A stretch of DNA of 64,000 bases, from positions 62,001 to 126,000 of the forward strand of contig FLMG01001160.1 in NCBI GenBank assembly GCA_900088475.1. The letters run 5' to 3'. Made by a program: the position numbers and the translations under genes. This document shows, piece by piece, positions 43,643 through 56,420 of this stretch. Numbering within the stretch: position 1 is the first letter of the stretch; each line of letters begins with the position of its first letter. This DNA is from Hyphochytrium catenoides. Lineage: Eukaryota > Protista > Hyphochytriomycota. The notes below the pieces were generated by a model, which was not told the DNA's origin, searched no databases, and saw only the letters and a program-made list of their open reading frames with translations.

Positions 43643-44662
43643 ATGGCAAGCAGAGCTGTTGAGGAGCTTCTATGGAACCCACAGCCTTTGCCTTCGACAT
43701 CCCGTATCCACAGAGTTCTTCAATTACAACTGGTAGGTCAAGATAATAACTGATGAGACTATGTGTGCACTGTATATAACTGACAAAGACGGCGAAGCTA
43801 GCTTTATGGCATCGTGTCCAGTGTTCAATGCACCATCAACGTTGCTCAAGGATGTATCATTGGCACGGATCGAACCTTGCAGTGTACTCTCCAACCTCAT
43901 AAAAGCAAGGAAGCAGCTGAGCTAATGCTTCTGCTGTGCTACACTGGAAGCGTACTTATCGCCTACCGTAGCCTTAAGCTGGTAAGAACTCCCTCCACGA
44001 CTTGATGCCGAGATGCTTGACAGAACTTTTTACTATTATCAGTACTTCAGAATCATGCTGGTATGGACTCTCATTCTCTGCTTTCGGATGGTCTTTGTCA
44101 GAGGCCTCCTGCTAGTGGCGCCGAGCGCACTCAGCTCTGCCTGGAAGAGCAGCAATGGAGGGTGGGACAGATATGCGAGGATTCTAGGGTTGTTCATACA
44201 TACAGCGGGTGCAGTACTGAACGTAAGCTATGCTTCTTGGCCTCACTACAGTTAGTTATCTTCTTTTAACCCGCGCTTACTGGTTTGTCTGTAGGTAATT
44301 TCTCTTGGTTATGCTTTTTACTTGGTCAAGACACTAGGACGAGGAGTGGTACGAGGGGCACCATTTAAGTTTAACAGGAGGAGGAACTTTAGAGCTAGAG
44401 ACGATCGCGGGATCCCAAAGACGTCTGCCTCACTGTACAGAACAAAGTTAGAGTAGAGAGGGTAGCAGTGCCACTATCCTGGTTTCAACGGCAACTGCTA
44501 CAGGGATGCTGTGCCTGCCAGCTCAAGGCAAATGGTCCAGTTAGATGGGCCACTCGATCCTGCACACTCACGAACCAAGTCTGCACTGCTTCATCAGCAG
44601 CAATGGTGTCAGGAAGAGCCAAAGCACAGCCTCTTGCTCCTCCTTTGTACAATATCAAGTAG
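43643..44662 (+). CDS. Hypothetical multi-pass membrane protein (~241 aa, 5 exons)
   Basis: Exons 43643-43732, 43802-43981, 44043-44222, 44295-44348 and 44441-44662 join through four canonical phase-0 GT-AG introns into one open frame with several hydrophobic segments. No family recognised. Confidence 0.5.
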
Positions 44663-45136
44663 CAAATATCTTCAGATCGCCACCCTCTCTTCGCCTACGA
44701 CGCCGTTGACGAGCATCCCTTTGAAGACAAGAGGCCTCTCACCTCTGTGGCAGGTTCATGGTGATCTCGGTGATCTCATGATCTCTTATGTCATCGAAGG
44801 TCTCTCGAGTTCTAACAACTCGTCATTTTTCTACGCAAGGCGATGACCGCAAACTGCACAATAACGCCCTTCCTTATTTGACACGCAAACACTTAATCTT
44901 TACATCATAATTCACTCTTGATGGAGCCAAATCGACACTACCATGTGAATTCCACACAAAGTGCAAGCTAGAAATGCACTCAATGCTGACAATCTTGACA
45001 GCAAGAGACAGGATTGACAGAAGAGGGTTGAGAGTCAGAGAAAAGACACAGAAACAATCAGCTAAGCCATGCCTAAGACAGAGCTTAACTAAACCTAGGA
45101 GATGAGGAGAGAGAGAGACGTCCGAACGCTGCGCAG

Positions 45137-48100
45137 ATGTGGGTGTGGGAGGATCGATCAGAAGCAACACTGAGCAGAAGCAGAACAGCCGCAGCTTCAA
45201 CCTTCAATGCTCATCATCAATCATCTGCATCTTCCAGCTGCTGGCTCCACAACTCTGGAACATCACGCGACCATCAGGAATCTCAAGTCTGGCCCTATTT
45301 AGAGTGTCAAGGAGAGGGGCCTGCTGGAAAGTGGCTCCTAGAAGAAAGAAACAAGGCAATACCTTCGCAAGGGTGGACCACGAGCACTATTCCTGCCATC
45401 GTGCCGCGCTTACCAAGCCTGATGGAAACACTGTTGACCTCGTTGAAGGTTTGGTCCTTTGGTCTTTGGACTATTTATTTGTCGGCCCTTACTGACGTAG
45501 CAAACATCTGTAAAGAATCGTCAGCATGCAGTTGAGGGAATGCTTGAAGCCGTTCAGGGCTTTGAAAGCTCTTTCAAGGTTCCTCCTGTTGCGTACTTGC
45601 CCCTTGGGCTACCCTGATATTCTAGCTGACAAAGCCTGTCCTTTTGGGCCTCTTCAATACCCTTCACGTACAGGGCCTTTCTCAGGCATGCCTTTCGCTA
45701 ACAATGGCTGCAGAGAAATTAACTTCCAGGTGAGTGTCCTATCTCCCTCAAGCCCCCTGCTGATCTGATCCTAGACCCTATGGCAGTCATTCGATATCGT
45801 CGGAAGCCCCTCCCAATCTTTTGCTGGTCGGAGATCTCCATGAGCTGCTTCTTTCTCCCTTTGCAAGACTGGTGGAACATGACTTGATGTCACCCTTAAG
45901 GCGGCTTCTGAAAAGTTATCTGCGTTTGGAGGTGGGTTGAAGTTTCTGAATGGCGCTCGTCCTCTGTTCCTTTCTCTCTCGTCTTTCTTATCACGACGGC
46001 CATATGTCCTTCTTCTGGTTTCATGATGTCGGGATGATAGCTCATTGTGGGTCCTCAGACGGACGAACTCGAGCCACGGACCTTCCACTGTCTTACCTGC
46101 CGCCATGAGACTTCACCCTCAAGCTTTCCTCTTCCCTTGCTGTCCGGGTAAGAAGTCAAATGGGTGGGGTCCTGGAATTTGCAGCCCAACCCTGACTGCC
46201 GTCTCCTCTGGTTGGCTATCTTGCGCGATACCCTTGCGAAACTTCTTTCCTTCTGTCCTCCCGATATACCCTTTTGCACAGGAAGCAGCTCCAGGCAATG
46301 GGTGGTTCACAATCCCCTAGAAGGAGCCCATCACTTGCATCCCAGCAATGCCGTACGTTAGCTTCTCACCGAGTCGACGAAAGAACGCAGCTCACTGCAT
46401 GCGGACTGTTCTATTCCAGGCACTGCCTTCAGAACCGGCGATGATGTCGTACAGCAGCTCTGTAAGGATGTGGTACGGCAACTCTCTTTCTGCGTCCAGT
46501 CCGAGCGGACCTGCACTGCAGAAGATTCATCTTGCGCTGCTTCGACGCTTTCGGTCATTAGGTTTCTGTATTTCCCAAACTCATCTGGCGGCCAATGCTT
46601 CTGATGCCTCCGCAAGATGATCATTATGTTGCTTATTCTGACCCTTGTTATATTACTGATTCAGGCTAAGATACAAGCTGAGTGCCTCCACGACCTCCTG
46701 TCTCTTGTAAGCCGTGATGGTGTTACCCATCCGCTTCTGCAGCTTCATGAGCGTGATAGCTGGTCTCTGCTTGAGGACGCTGATCTAATAAGCCCCACAC
46801 TCAGTCCCATGCAAGAGAACGGACCCCCAGCTAATACTAAGAGAGGCCTACATGAGGATGGGGTCAACTTCAGGGGAGGGCGGAATGACGAGGTATGTTC
46901 CGACACGTCTGAATAGCCACACAGGCTCCGTCTCCCTACTTTCTAAGATTGGATCAAAACCTTTCCTTGTTGAATTAGGAGCTTCCACAACCCTATTGGT
47001 GCCGTAATGCTGATAAAAGCTACGCTAAGGCCGGGGACAGTGCAGGAAATGGCCTGGACAGAGCCATTCCACGTAGTCGAAAAAGAGGGCTAACAGGACT
47101 CCCTATCAATCGTCTGTGCATTTATCTCGACCTAAGGGACTTCTCCACTCTGTTCAAGGTAAGAATGGATCTTTGTTAGTCAAGTCTGACTTTGAGGTCG
47201 AAATACAGGTCCCTGGGCTAACCGCAGATTACAGGTCTCTAATGGCATCCGAAAGGTTCTACGAGGCCACCTCTGTCTTTGGCGACTTATCATTAAACAG
47301 GGGGGTGTCCCTGACAAGGTAGGCTTCACCTTGCTGTGTGAACAGAGAGAAAGATGGGGGCAAAGGTAGAGGGGTCGTCAGAGTGGCAATGGTCACGCAT
47401 TCTTCCTGTACCAGATTGGCTTAAAGGCAGGACTACGCTGGCCTAGAAGCCTTCCTCTTCCAGGATCTTCGACGAGGGAGGGACGCCAGCATTGATGCCT
47501 CTTTATCTCTTTCCGTAGGTTCGCCCACACTTCTGGTTGCAAGTGTGTACTAGGCAAGCCCCGTGGCTGCAGGGTCAGAGCCGTCTTCCTAGATCGGCAA
47601 GCTTTATTATTGGTCAACGATGGGGAGGAGAGTCCACAACAAGGAAGGGGGTGTCTTACTATGCAAATCTGCTGAAAGAGGTTGAGATCCTTTCCCAATC
47701 TATGAAACTCGGGGGTATGAGCGCTTCAACAAGACAGAGCTAAAAGTGGCTGGATGAGATCGACATTGATGTTGGAAGGAGTTCTCCTCTATGCGCTAGC
47801 CTTGATGATCAGGTTCAGCCCGCTCCTTGTTCGTAGCAGTTTTTGGTCCCTGGAACTCTCCTACTTCCCTTGGGTTTCAGTCTTGCCCAAAAGGAATAAA
47901 CCCGACACTTAAGTTTGGCACCTCTTCTTTCTATGGTTGCTAACTCTGGCGTAAGTGCAGGAGCTTCTTCTTTTCCGCGATGGGCTCAGAAGGGTGCTTA
48001 GTGCCTTTGCTGTCCAACAGCCAGAGGTGCGCTATGTGCAAGGGATGAACTATACTGCGGCTATGCTATTGGAGGTGAGCCCATGTCCCCTCTGCGCTTC

Positions 48101-49348
48101 ACAAAACTGCAGTGTCAATTAGAGCTTCTGTTATCCTTAGTTGACGTCTATGTTCCCTGTGGGGAGATTAACACCCCTTTTTTCGATTGAGCGTCAGTCA
48201 ACCATCAGTTCAGTTACATCCTCTATTCCTTGCTCTCTCTCCGGGTACTGCCTGCATTCGTGTGGCTTTAGCCTTCAATCGATCCCTTACGGGTTATACA
48301 CATGTTTCAAACTCTTAAATCTTCAATTGTGCTTCACATCCTTATGTCTGTTTAGCTCATCAAGGATGAAGAGAGGACTTTTCAGATCATCTGCGGGCTG
48401 TTCTCAAGCCTAAATCTGATTAGGATATTCACACCCGGCTTTCCGTTGTTAGATGAGACGTTCCGTCAGGTTAGGGGACACTCTTTCCATGTCAACCCCA
48501 TCCTTCTCTTCGTATGAGATTGTTGTTCATCTCTAGCTAACGTCAATTTCAGCGCCCAGCTCGGGCTTGAATGTCTTCATATACTTTTTTTCATTCTGTC
48601 TGTCCTTTCCCGGACAGGCTCCTGCCCGTCGTACGCAGTACTCATAAAGCTCTTGTCTCGTTTTCATTCGACCAACCTGGCCCCCAACCTCCATCAACAT
48701 CCCCTTCTCCTCCCCCCTTNNNNNNNNNNNNNNNNNNNNNNNNNNNNNNNNNNNNTGCCCAGCACTAGTCCAGCATTTCCATCACCTGGGTCTTTCGTTG
48801 TCGATGTTTGCTCCTCGGTGGCTTCTGACGCTCTTCACGTCATTGAAAAGATATCCTTCATGTTGACCACTATCCGACTCTGTGCAGGCTGGCATCATCT
48901 ATCTCTTGCGTCTGTTGCTGCTTCCCCGGGTGTAACTAATTATCGCTGTATGGGACATCAGAGCCTTTACTGCTATCCGCCTGTCGGCATTTGATTGCTT
49001 AATCGCCACATTAGCTGCGAGGTTTCTCTTAACTGTTGACTACCCTGCCTGCAGAGTTTATTTACAGAACCTGGGATGTGCTGCTGGTAGAAGGTTGGAG
49101 AACGATGGTTAGTGCGTCTCTGGCATTGCTAATGGAAATGGCGCCTAGCTTGCTGGAGGAGGACTCGCTGGAGGGGTGTCTCACGTTATTGCGGCATCCT
49201 AGGTACAAGATGAACCACTGTAAAATTGGTCGTGGAACTGGGCTCACTCTTTCATATACCTAGGCTACGGGCTGGCGCAACGCCCCAAGACCTTATCGGC
49301 AGAATGCACTCCATATTAGTCAGTCCACTTCTAGTGGACTTGGTGTAG
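45137..49348 (+). CDS. TBC-domain Rab GTPase-activating protein, multi-exon (5' structure uncertain)
   Basis: EIDIDVGRS (IxxDxxR arginine finger, ~47755), LRRVLSAFAVQQPEVRYVQGMNYTAAMLL (YxQ glutamine finger), IFTPGFPLL, RWFLTLLTTLPAEFIYRTWDVLLVEGW. TAG at 49346-49348. Confidence 0.8.
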
Positions 49349-49888
49349 AGATGACGATACGGAAGGACTAAGTGTAGCGATGACAATACGAAAGACGCTT
49401 AGACGTCTTCTCAACCGCCAGTGCTCATCCCAACCCCGCTGGTGGCTTACAGTATTCTATTCCTTCGTTAGTTCTTAGCGCTAACCGGCAGCGAGCTTCG
49501 AAAGTGCTTCACTTGTTGCCCGCAACATTTGACAGGAAATGTGAGCCTGGCTTTATTTATGTATGGATATCAGAGAGTAGACGCGTTCAACTTCAGCTTC
49601 CAAATGCACCCAATCTGAAGTCACGGGACCTCCTCGCCTCACACTGCTTGAATCCGCTTAATGAGCCAGAACTACGGGGAAAGTACGGACCACCTAGACC
49701 CTTAGCAATATTTAAGCTCTATACAAACCCTTCTCAATAAGGAGACGTTTCTTTGACAACCCTGCGCAAATCTCTCTCTGCCTTATTCATTGGGAGAAGC
49801 GCTTTTAATGACTTTCCTGGGCACTTATCTAGCTTTCCTGGTGCGCTTGATGTCTTCATAGGTCAACGGTACCGTGGACAACCTCTCT

Positions 49889-52800
49889 TTACTCGTCTTC
49901 CGACTCTGGAGGCTTATCCAGGCCCAAAATTTCCTCCAATTTGTTCTGGAAACGGAGGCGGTATTGCTCTGGAGGAGCAGCACTGAGCCCATCGGCATCC
50001 TTTCGGAGAAAAGTAACCTTGGAGAACCGCTCCAGACGCTTCTGAAGTGTCCTACGGACGCAAATTGAATAAGTGAGGAGTTTAAAGAACATGACATAGA
50101 GGAAGACAACACAAACGAAGAGTACAGCGGGACCACTTTGTAGCTGCCTTACCACTGCTGAAGGATGTCGATGAGTCCGAAATAATAGTACGCAGGCCCC
50201 ACGACAGTGCTGGCCTTCTTCATATGCTCGTTCAAGGACCCAGGCTCCTGTCGCAGACACAGCCAATTACCATTTTAGCACGGGCAACGCGGGACCAGCT
50301 TGGCAGAGGCAAGAGGGAAAACGCCTCAAAATAGGGTATAGATCTCCGCCCTCCCCCGCCCCCGCCCTTCCTCTGGGGCGACTTAACCGAGAGACACAGC
50401 ACAAAGATGAGTGTGAAGGGCTAATGGAAGAACCTTGTTCATGTCATTGGGGGATCCTTGGACAGAAGAGGCTTGGCCCGCGAGTGAGATTGAGGTGCCC
50501 TTTTGCTGATTCATCTGTAAACAGAAGGCGGAAGCCGTGTTTCAGATGGGCCATACGCTAAGATTCCATGACCGTCCTGTCTACCATAACATGCGGTCTT
50601 ACCTCTGCAACATGATCTGCATTGACGTTGTATGTCATGTTATGGACACCGATGAGAAGGGAGTAGTCCATGATTCGACGCCGAGCCAGAAAGTTGGAGT
50701 CCTTGACAATGATATGGTTCAACTCTTCCGCCTCTCTACGGTTCATCCGCACCTGAACATTGAACAATCAGCAGTGACGCTGTGGTCTCTAGCTTCTCGT
50801 TTACTTGTCTCTCTCCCTGTTACCAAGAAACTTCCTATCCTATACTGCTTAAAGCTTCTCTCCAACCTCTCTTAAGTAATCATGTGCCTTTCGAGTTCTC
50901 ACGCCCTTGTTTCGCATCCTAAGACCACTACGATCGTTCATCCTCCTTTCAAGACATCAAGGCACGAGAGCGCGCTGTCCTTCAATCGACTTTGTAGGCC
51001 CTTACCTTCTTTGTCAGGTCATTATCCTTGAGTACGGTGTCAGGTTCATGCGAGCCGCCTCTAGCTTCACAATTGAGATCCTTCGATTGCGGCCCATACC
51101 TATTGCAGGAAGATATGGGTTCAGGTCAGACGACATGGCGACAACCACAGGCAAGGAGGACGGGACGAGTTCCTTTGCTTGATGATGAGGTGATTTCCAG
51201 TCCAAGAGAGGCAGTCATAACTCAAGGGGTGATCTCGTAGAGAATATAATGGGAAGGAATGCGACTATGGTGGAGGACAAGCAAAACCAAAAACTACGCT
51301 AGAGCCATTCCCAGAGAGCCTTCTGACCTGTACTTCGCGTTGCAGTTCCGGCAGGTAACCAGTGACCCGTCCTTCGGCTTCTTGTGGGTGCGGTTAACCC
51401 AAGAACCCTTGATGTCATACCTTGGCAGTAGCAAGCGTGGTGTAAGAATAGGCTCAGCCATCACACCTCACAAAGAGAGGGGCAAGATCCACAGATTTGA
51501 AGATTGAGAAGGGCAGCCGATATGTGGCGATAAATCAAGCGGGACTAGTGCTGGGAGAGAGGAGCCAATAAGGTACGCCCTCCCAAGTCAGAAGTAATAT
51601 ACTGCGTCACTAAGAAGATCTGGTTTTGTCTATACCTCGCATGTATAACCATAGCTGTGTCAAAAACATTGGCCATGACAAAGAAGTAGAAAGTCTTCTT
51701 GTACATCTTGAAGTGAACAGCATGGCAGCCATAGAACCTAAAATAACCAGATCAGCGTGGCACTGTAAGAAGACTGATGATGAAGAGGGGAGACAGGTCT
51801 CGTGCTAGAAGTCAGTTGAGACTACGTGTAGAAAGACAGAAAGCAGGGTAAGCCGCAGGCAATCGGACAAAAGCGCGAAGGAAGATCTCAAGGGATGGAT
51901 TAGAAGCATCATCTGCCAATGCCAACGAAACCAAGTAGGGCGACGGCCCTAATAACAAGTAAAGACCAGTAAAGAAGGGTAAGGCATCTGTCGCCCTTGG
52001 TGTTGCAAGGCAAGATTCTAGGAGTCATGGAGCTAGCAACAGTGCCAACACGGTTCAATTGAGAGAAGACCTTGAAGGTCCTAACCTTATTAGCAAGCTC
52101 TTGGGGTTGTTCTTGAGGTGCTCGCAGTAGTGCTCGGCAATTCTCCTTAAAAAGGTGCTTTCCTCTGGACTCATACTCTTAACGATATACTTCTGGTCAC
52201 TTGAGAAGTACATGAAAGCGCCGCTAGCACCTTCACTAATCCGCTCCTTCGTAATCTTTGATAAGGAGCTGCAGTAGTCCTCGGTCGAGACTCCAGAGAA
52301 CTCCCTGGTCGTGAAAGAGTCAAGGTTAATAACCGAGCAAAAGGTAGTCTGGTGCTAAAAGTACAACGACCATGATGACTCCAACGACACCTTGTGGAAG
52401 CTAAGTATAGTAAGCAAGGAAATTCTGAAGATCGACGAAACTCTAAGAACCGGAGAGTTTATGGAAGTAGCGACAAATAAGGGCTGTGGCATCGGACCTG
52501 ATCTGCCGGAAGATATGCGGGTAATAGTCGGTGAACTCATTCTTAGCACTTTGCTTCATCTCTACCCCTTGAGGCGGTTCCAAAATCTTCGTCACCTCAG
52601 GGGTATTTGCCCCAACCTCAGAAAGACTCCGCACTGCCTGTAAAGAAGTACAGAAGCGTTACGTGATTGGCAACGCTCCAAAGCACGGAAGGAGCCAAAC
52701 CTGCATGATGCCCCGGGTAGTATAATAACGAATCTCACTCCTGAGAGCAGTGTTTAACTGTGGATGTAAGTCCACATCCACGTCTGCTCCACTCTTGGTT

Positions 52801-55712
52801 CCCTTCACTCGGTCCTTGGGGGAAAGATAGGGCACGCCGGGTCAGCCGCTTCCGCGCATTGTTCACACCCCTTATTGCTGTTGAGCTCACCTCTGATCTA
52901 AACTCGTTGATGCTGAACCAGACCACAAAGTCAACATATCCCTTCGCAGTGATGAGGAAGGGCACCAGCTGCAAGGCGAGAGGATTTGGGGTTAATTAGA
53001 AGATGATCGGAGGCGTTCGAGCTACTGAAAGTTACCCAAGAGACTAGTCAGCACTCTAGTTGAGACTAGCACAAGTTGAACCGTAAGGTTCCAAACAAAA
53101 GAGTCACGCTATTGCTGTGACCGCAATCGTAGGCAGTGACCAAAGAGAGGCTGAGGCAGAAGGGACAATGTGCACCCAGACTATAGCTTGCTACCGCCTC
53201 CATTCCTCACCTGCTTCAACCAAATGTCATTTCTCGATTTTAAGCCATCGATTTCACCAGTTTCATCGTCATATCGATAGAAGTCTGAACCAAAGGTGAA
53301 GAGGAAAGGTATGTAGAAGCAGAAGACAATAGACCAGTAGAGAAGAATCGCCAAAACGTAGAGAGTGACCGAGCGAAGCACCCTCATGCGTAAGTCCAAT
53401 GTCTTGAGCAGCCCTTGACGAAGACGGTTCCAGGCGAAGAGTGTAACATAGACTCCGAAACTACAATTTAGATGGAAGTAAAAGAGGAAGGAAGGTCAGC
53501 CATTGTCTCTGCTCGACGGTATAGCCGTTTTCTGAGCACACCTGTAGAAGATGATAAGCCAAGCATAGAAAAACACCCACGAGCGCCAATTTGCTGCCGT
53601 CGGGTTCGTGCTTCTCATCTGGACATTGGTCCAGCAAAAATCGCCCACATCCGACTGACCAGAGAAGCTCTCTTCGGACGCTAAGATGATGGCGGCAATC
53701 GCCGAGGAACCCCAGACTATTAGATGATAGAAGCGAACATTCCGCTTATAGTCCGTGAAGGGATTGGTGAGTGATTGGCGAAGGTCGATGGTCATCATAA
53801 AGAACCAGGCCTCGGCTGCGAAGATTGTAAACTCAATAATTCCCGCCTAGGTAAAGAGAGCCAGAGAAGACAGCAATCAGGAAAACGTCTAGTCCAACGG
53901 CGCAGCAATAGAGCGACACATAATACATTAAGAGCCGGCCGGGTTTAAGAGCATATAGCCCTCAATCTAGTCAGATAAGGGAGAGGTAGCAAGAGGAAAG
54001 CGCCGGAAAGAGAGGACAAATGCGGCTAATGGAGAGCCAGAGCTTTAAAGTGCTAAGGTGACTCTAGAGCGGAAAATGGGACACGGCAGACGCTGACAAG
54101 ACAGAAACAGAGAGGCATAGAGGGTACGTTTAGATTATTTCCTCCTACCGTGACTCGACAAGCAGTCTTATTAGATATTTCCAGGTTGCTCCCACAGGAA
54201 TCAAAGCCGTCGGAGCACTTCACCACCGAGGTGATGAGCACCACCAGGCTGAACACAAGATCGCAACAGGAGCGGTAATAAATCAATGGATTTGGATGCT
54301 TCTTCCATGTGCGTCGCGTGGAGTAGGTAAAGACCACCGAAAGACAGGAAATAACGGAGATGACACTGCCTGTGATGGTGCCTATAGGAAAAATTGGCCA
54401 CTCACTACCAACGAACGAAGGGAAAACACGAGTGCTTAGTGTAAGCCAAATGAGTTCCATGTCCAGCGAGCAATAAAAATGAACGTGCGACGAACATTAT
54501 AGTTGGACTACATAGCAGAGGTTCAAGCAGTATATCCCGCCCTAGAGAACTTAAAGTCAAAGGTACTGAGAGTATCACAGCCAGACCAGAAGATCAAAAT
54601 GATGCAGTAGCAGCAGATATGAGAGAGCCAAGCGTGTGGCTAGCAGCATTTGACGAGGATCACCTTCCAGGAGGATCAAAGTCGGCGAAGATCAAGCTTG
54701 TCACAAGGCCAATTAAGAAGAGGAGGAACATCGTCAACTGCTGCCTCCAGTTCTTTCTCAGAAGGGCTGAGCTCGCAGACAAACATCCTTTTCCCTCGTC
54801 TCCACCAATGGTGCGGTCAGAAGGGTGCATGCTTTGGATGTTTCTGGCTGAGTCTAGTGGGACCTCATTGTCGCCCGGCTTTCGTCTTCGTCCCTCTGCC
54901 CGTTTCGGCTCTCGGTCTTCCTGCAAGTCCTCACTGCGGTAGCTGAGCAACATGAGCCTATATGAAGCAAGATACTATACATACTTCCCCAATCTTCTGT
55001 CTCCCACGCTCTCTACCTCTGAGCTCGTCTATTCCTGGCATAACTCTTTTACCATTCCCAATCTAGACGTTTATCCCTGTAACCTACGTACCCGAAGGCT
55101 CGGAAGTCTGGTTCATACTTCGGGGAGCGGTCAATGTACGAAGACCGAGAGCTGGTAGGTTGGTTCGGAGGAAATCTCTGCTCGTCAACCTCAATATCCA
55201 CCTAGCAAGGGTATGAGAAACTCCACGTTAGCCATAAGACAATAAGTGACTTCCCCGCAAGGATACACTCTTACAGCAGGAAGTGGATCCGGAAGCTGTC
55301 TTCCACTTGCTGGTAGACCAGACGGGTCTACTCTTCCGCCTGCCGGACGTGAAGGTGCTGGCTGTAAGACGTTTGCCGCGTAGCCTCCCGCCACCATGCG
55401 AGTGCCCGGAGTGTAATAGCCGCCAGCAGCATAACCCGCACCGTCAGGACCATTTCCTGCAGCAGCTGCAGCATACCCTCCGGGCCCTCCTGCAGCAGCA
55501 GCGTAACCTCCTCGGCCTCCAGCTGCCCCATACTGTCCATACGTAGCAGCATAGGATCGACCCCCGCCAGGTCCTAGGTAGCCTCCTGCAGCTGTTGTTT
55601 GTCCGGCATAAGCTCCCGTTGGGCCATTGCCATACATCCCTGCTGCTTGGTAGCGGTAAGGGTTGCCATTTCTTGCCCGGCCATTCTCTTCCTGCCCCGT
55701 AGAGTTATCCAT
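49889..55712 (-). CDS. GPCR-PIPK: 7TM receptor fused to a phosphatidylinositol-phosphate kinase, with a long N-terminal extension
   Basis: cAMP-receptor-like 7TM region (GSVISVISCLSVVFTY, HPNPLIYYRSCCD, SLTNPF, FCW, KGYVDFVVWF). PIPK motifs: FTDYYPHIFRQIR, SEGASGAFMYFSSDQKYIVK, RFYGCH, YDIKGSWVNR, LKDND, IMDYSLLIGVH, YFGLIDILQ, SAAPPEQYRLRF. 5' exons 55712-55275, 55201-55092 and 54942-54664 splice in frame to 54404. Confidence 0.88.
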
Positions 55713-56226
55713 CCTGGTGTCGAGAGAATGGAGCTCACCGAAGCACTTGAAAGTCCTCTTGGGTTAGAGTGGCAGTCCAGCTTCACTTGTTGGGCTCGTT
55801 GCAAGCATGTGCTTGGGTCATTGTGTTCGCAACCTGTCAGATGTATTGGACTTCAGAGGGTATGAAAGGAGTGCATTGGGAACGTTGCATATCATCACCT
55901 GCACCAGATGCAGATCATCCAACTCCTGCTCCGGAGCTTCTTAAAGCTTGTTGGAGGTTTGCAGACAACTTGGAGACGTGGTCACTCGTGATAGCAGGCA
56001 ACCGCTAGCAGAGAGGCCACTGATGATGAAGGTTCATCTTGACTTTGGTGATGGGGTAAGGAGACATGAAAGAGGCTGGTAGTTGAGGAAGGTGCAGTTC
56101 AAGAGGAAGAGACAGCGGGAAAGGTGTCAAAGAGCGAGCTGAGTGCGATGAGTGAGAAAGAGACCGGAACGGAAGAAAGAGACTGAAAAGGGTTGTGGGG
56201 AAAAAAGTGCGAGGAGGACATAGAGA

Positions 56227-56420
56227 ATGAGAGAGAGAGAAACAGAGAGCGACAGAGACAGAGTCAGAGAAAGTGGGCAGTGGAGGAAGAGGAAGAGAAA
56301 GAGAGGGGAACGAGATAAGGAGAGAGAGAGAGAGAGAGAGAAGGGCAATGAGAAAGAGAGAGGGGTGGGAGACAGAGGAAAACATACAGACAGAGAGAGA
56401 AAGAGATAGAGACAGGGAAA
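56227..56420 (-). repeat. Imperfect (GA)n tract, read as (CT)n on the GPCR-PIPK sense strand
   Basis: Directly visible GA dinucleotide runs. Confidence 0.9.

Noticed and set aside
49889-54404. GPCR-PIPK fusion itself as a new system
   Set aside because: The family is described in oomycetes and Dictyostelium; only the N-terminal extension and neighbourhood are flagged.
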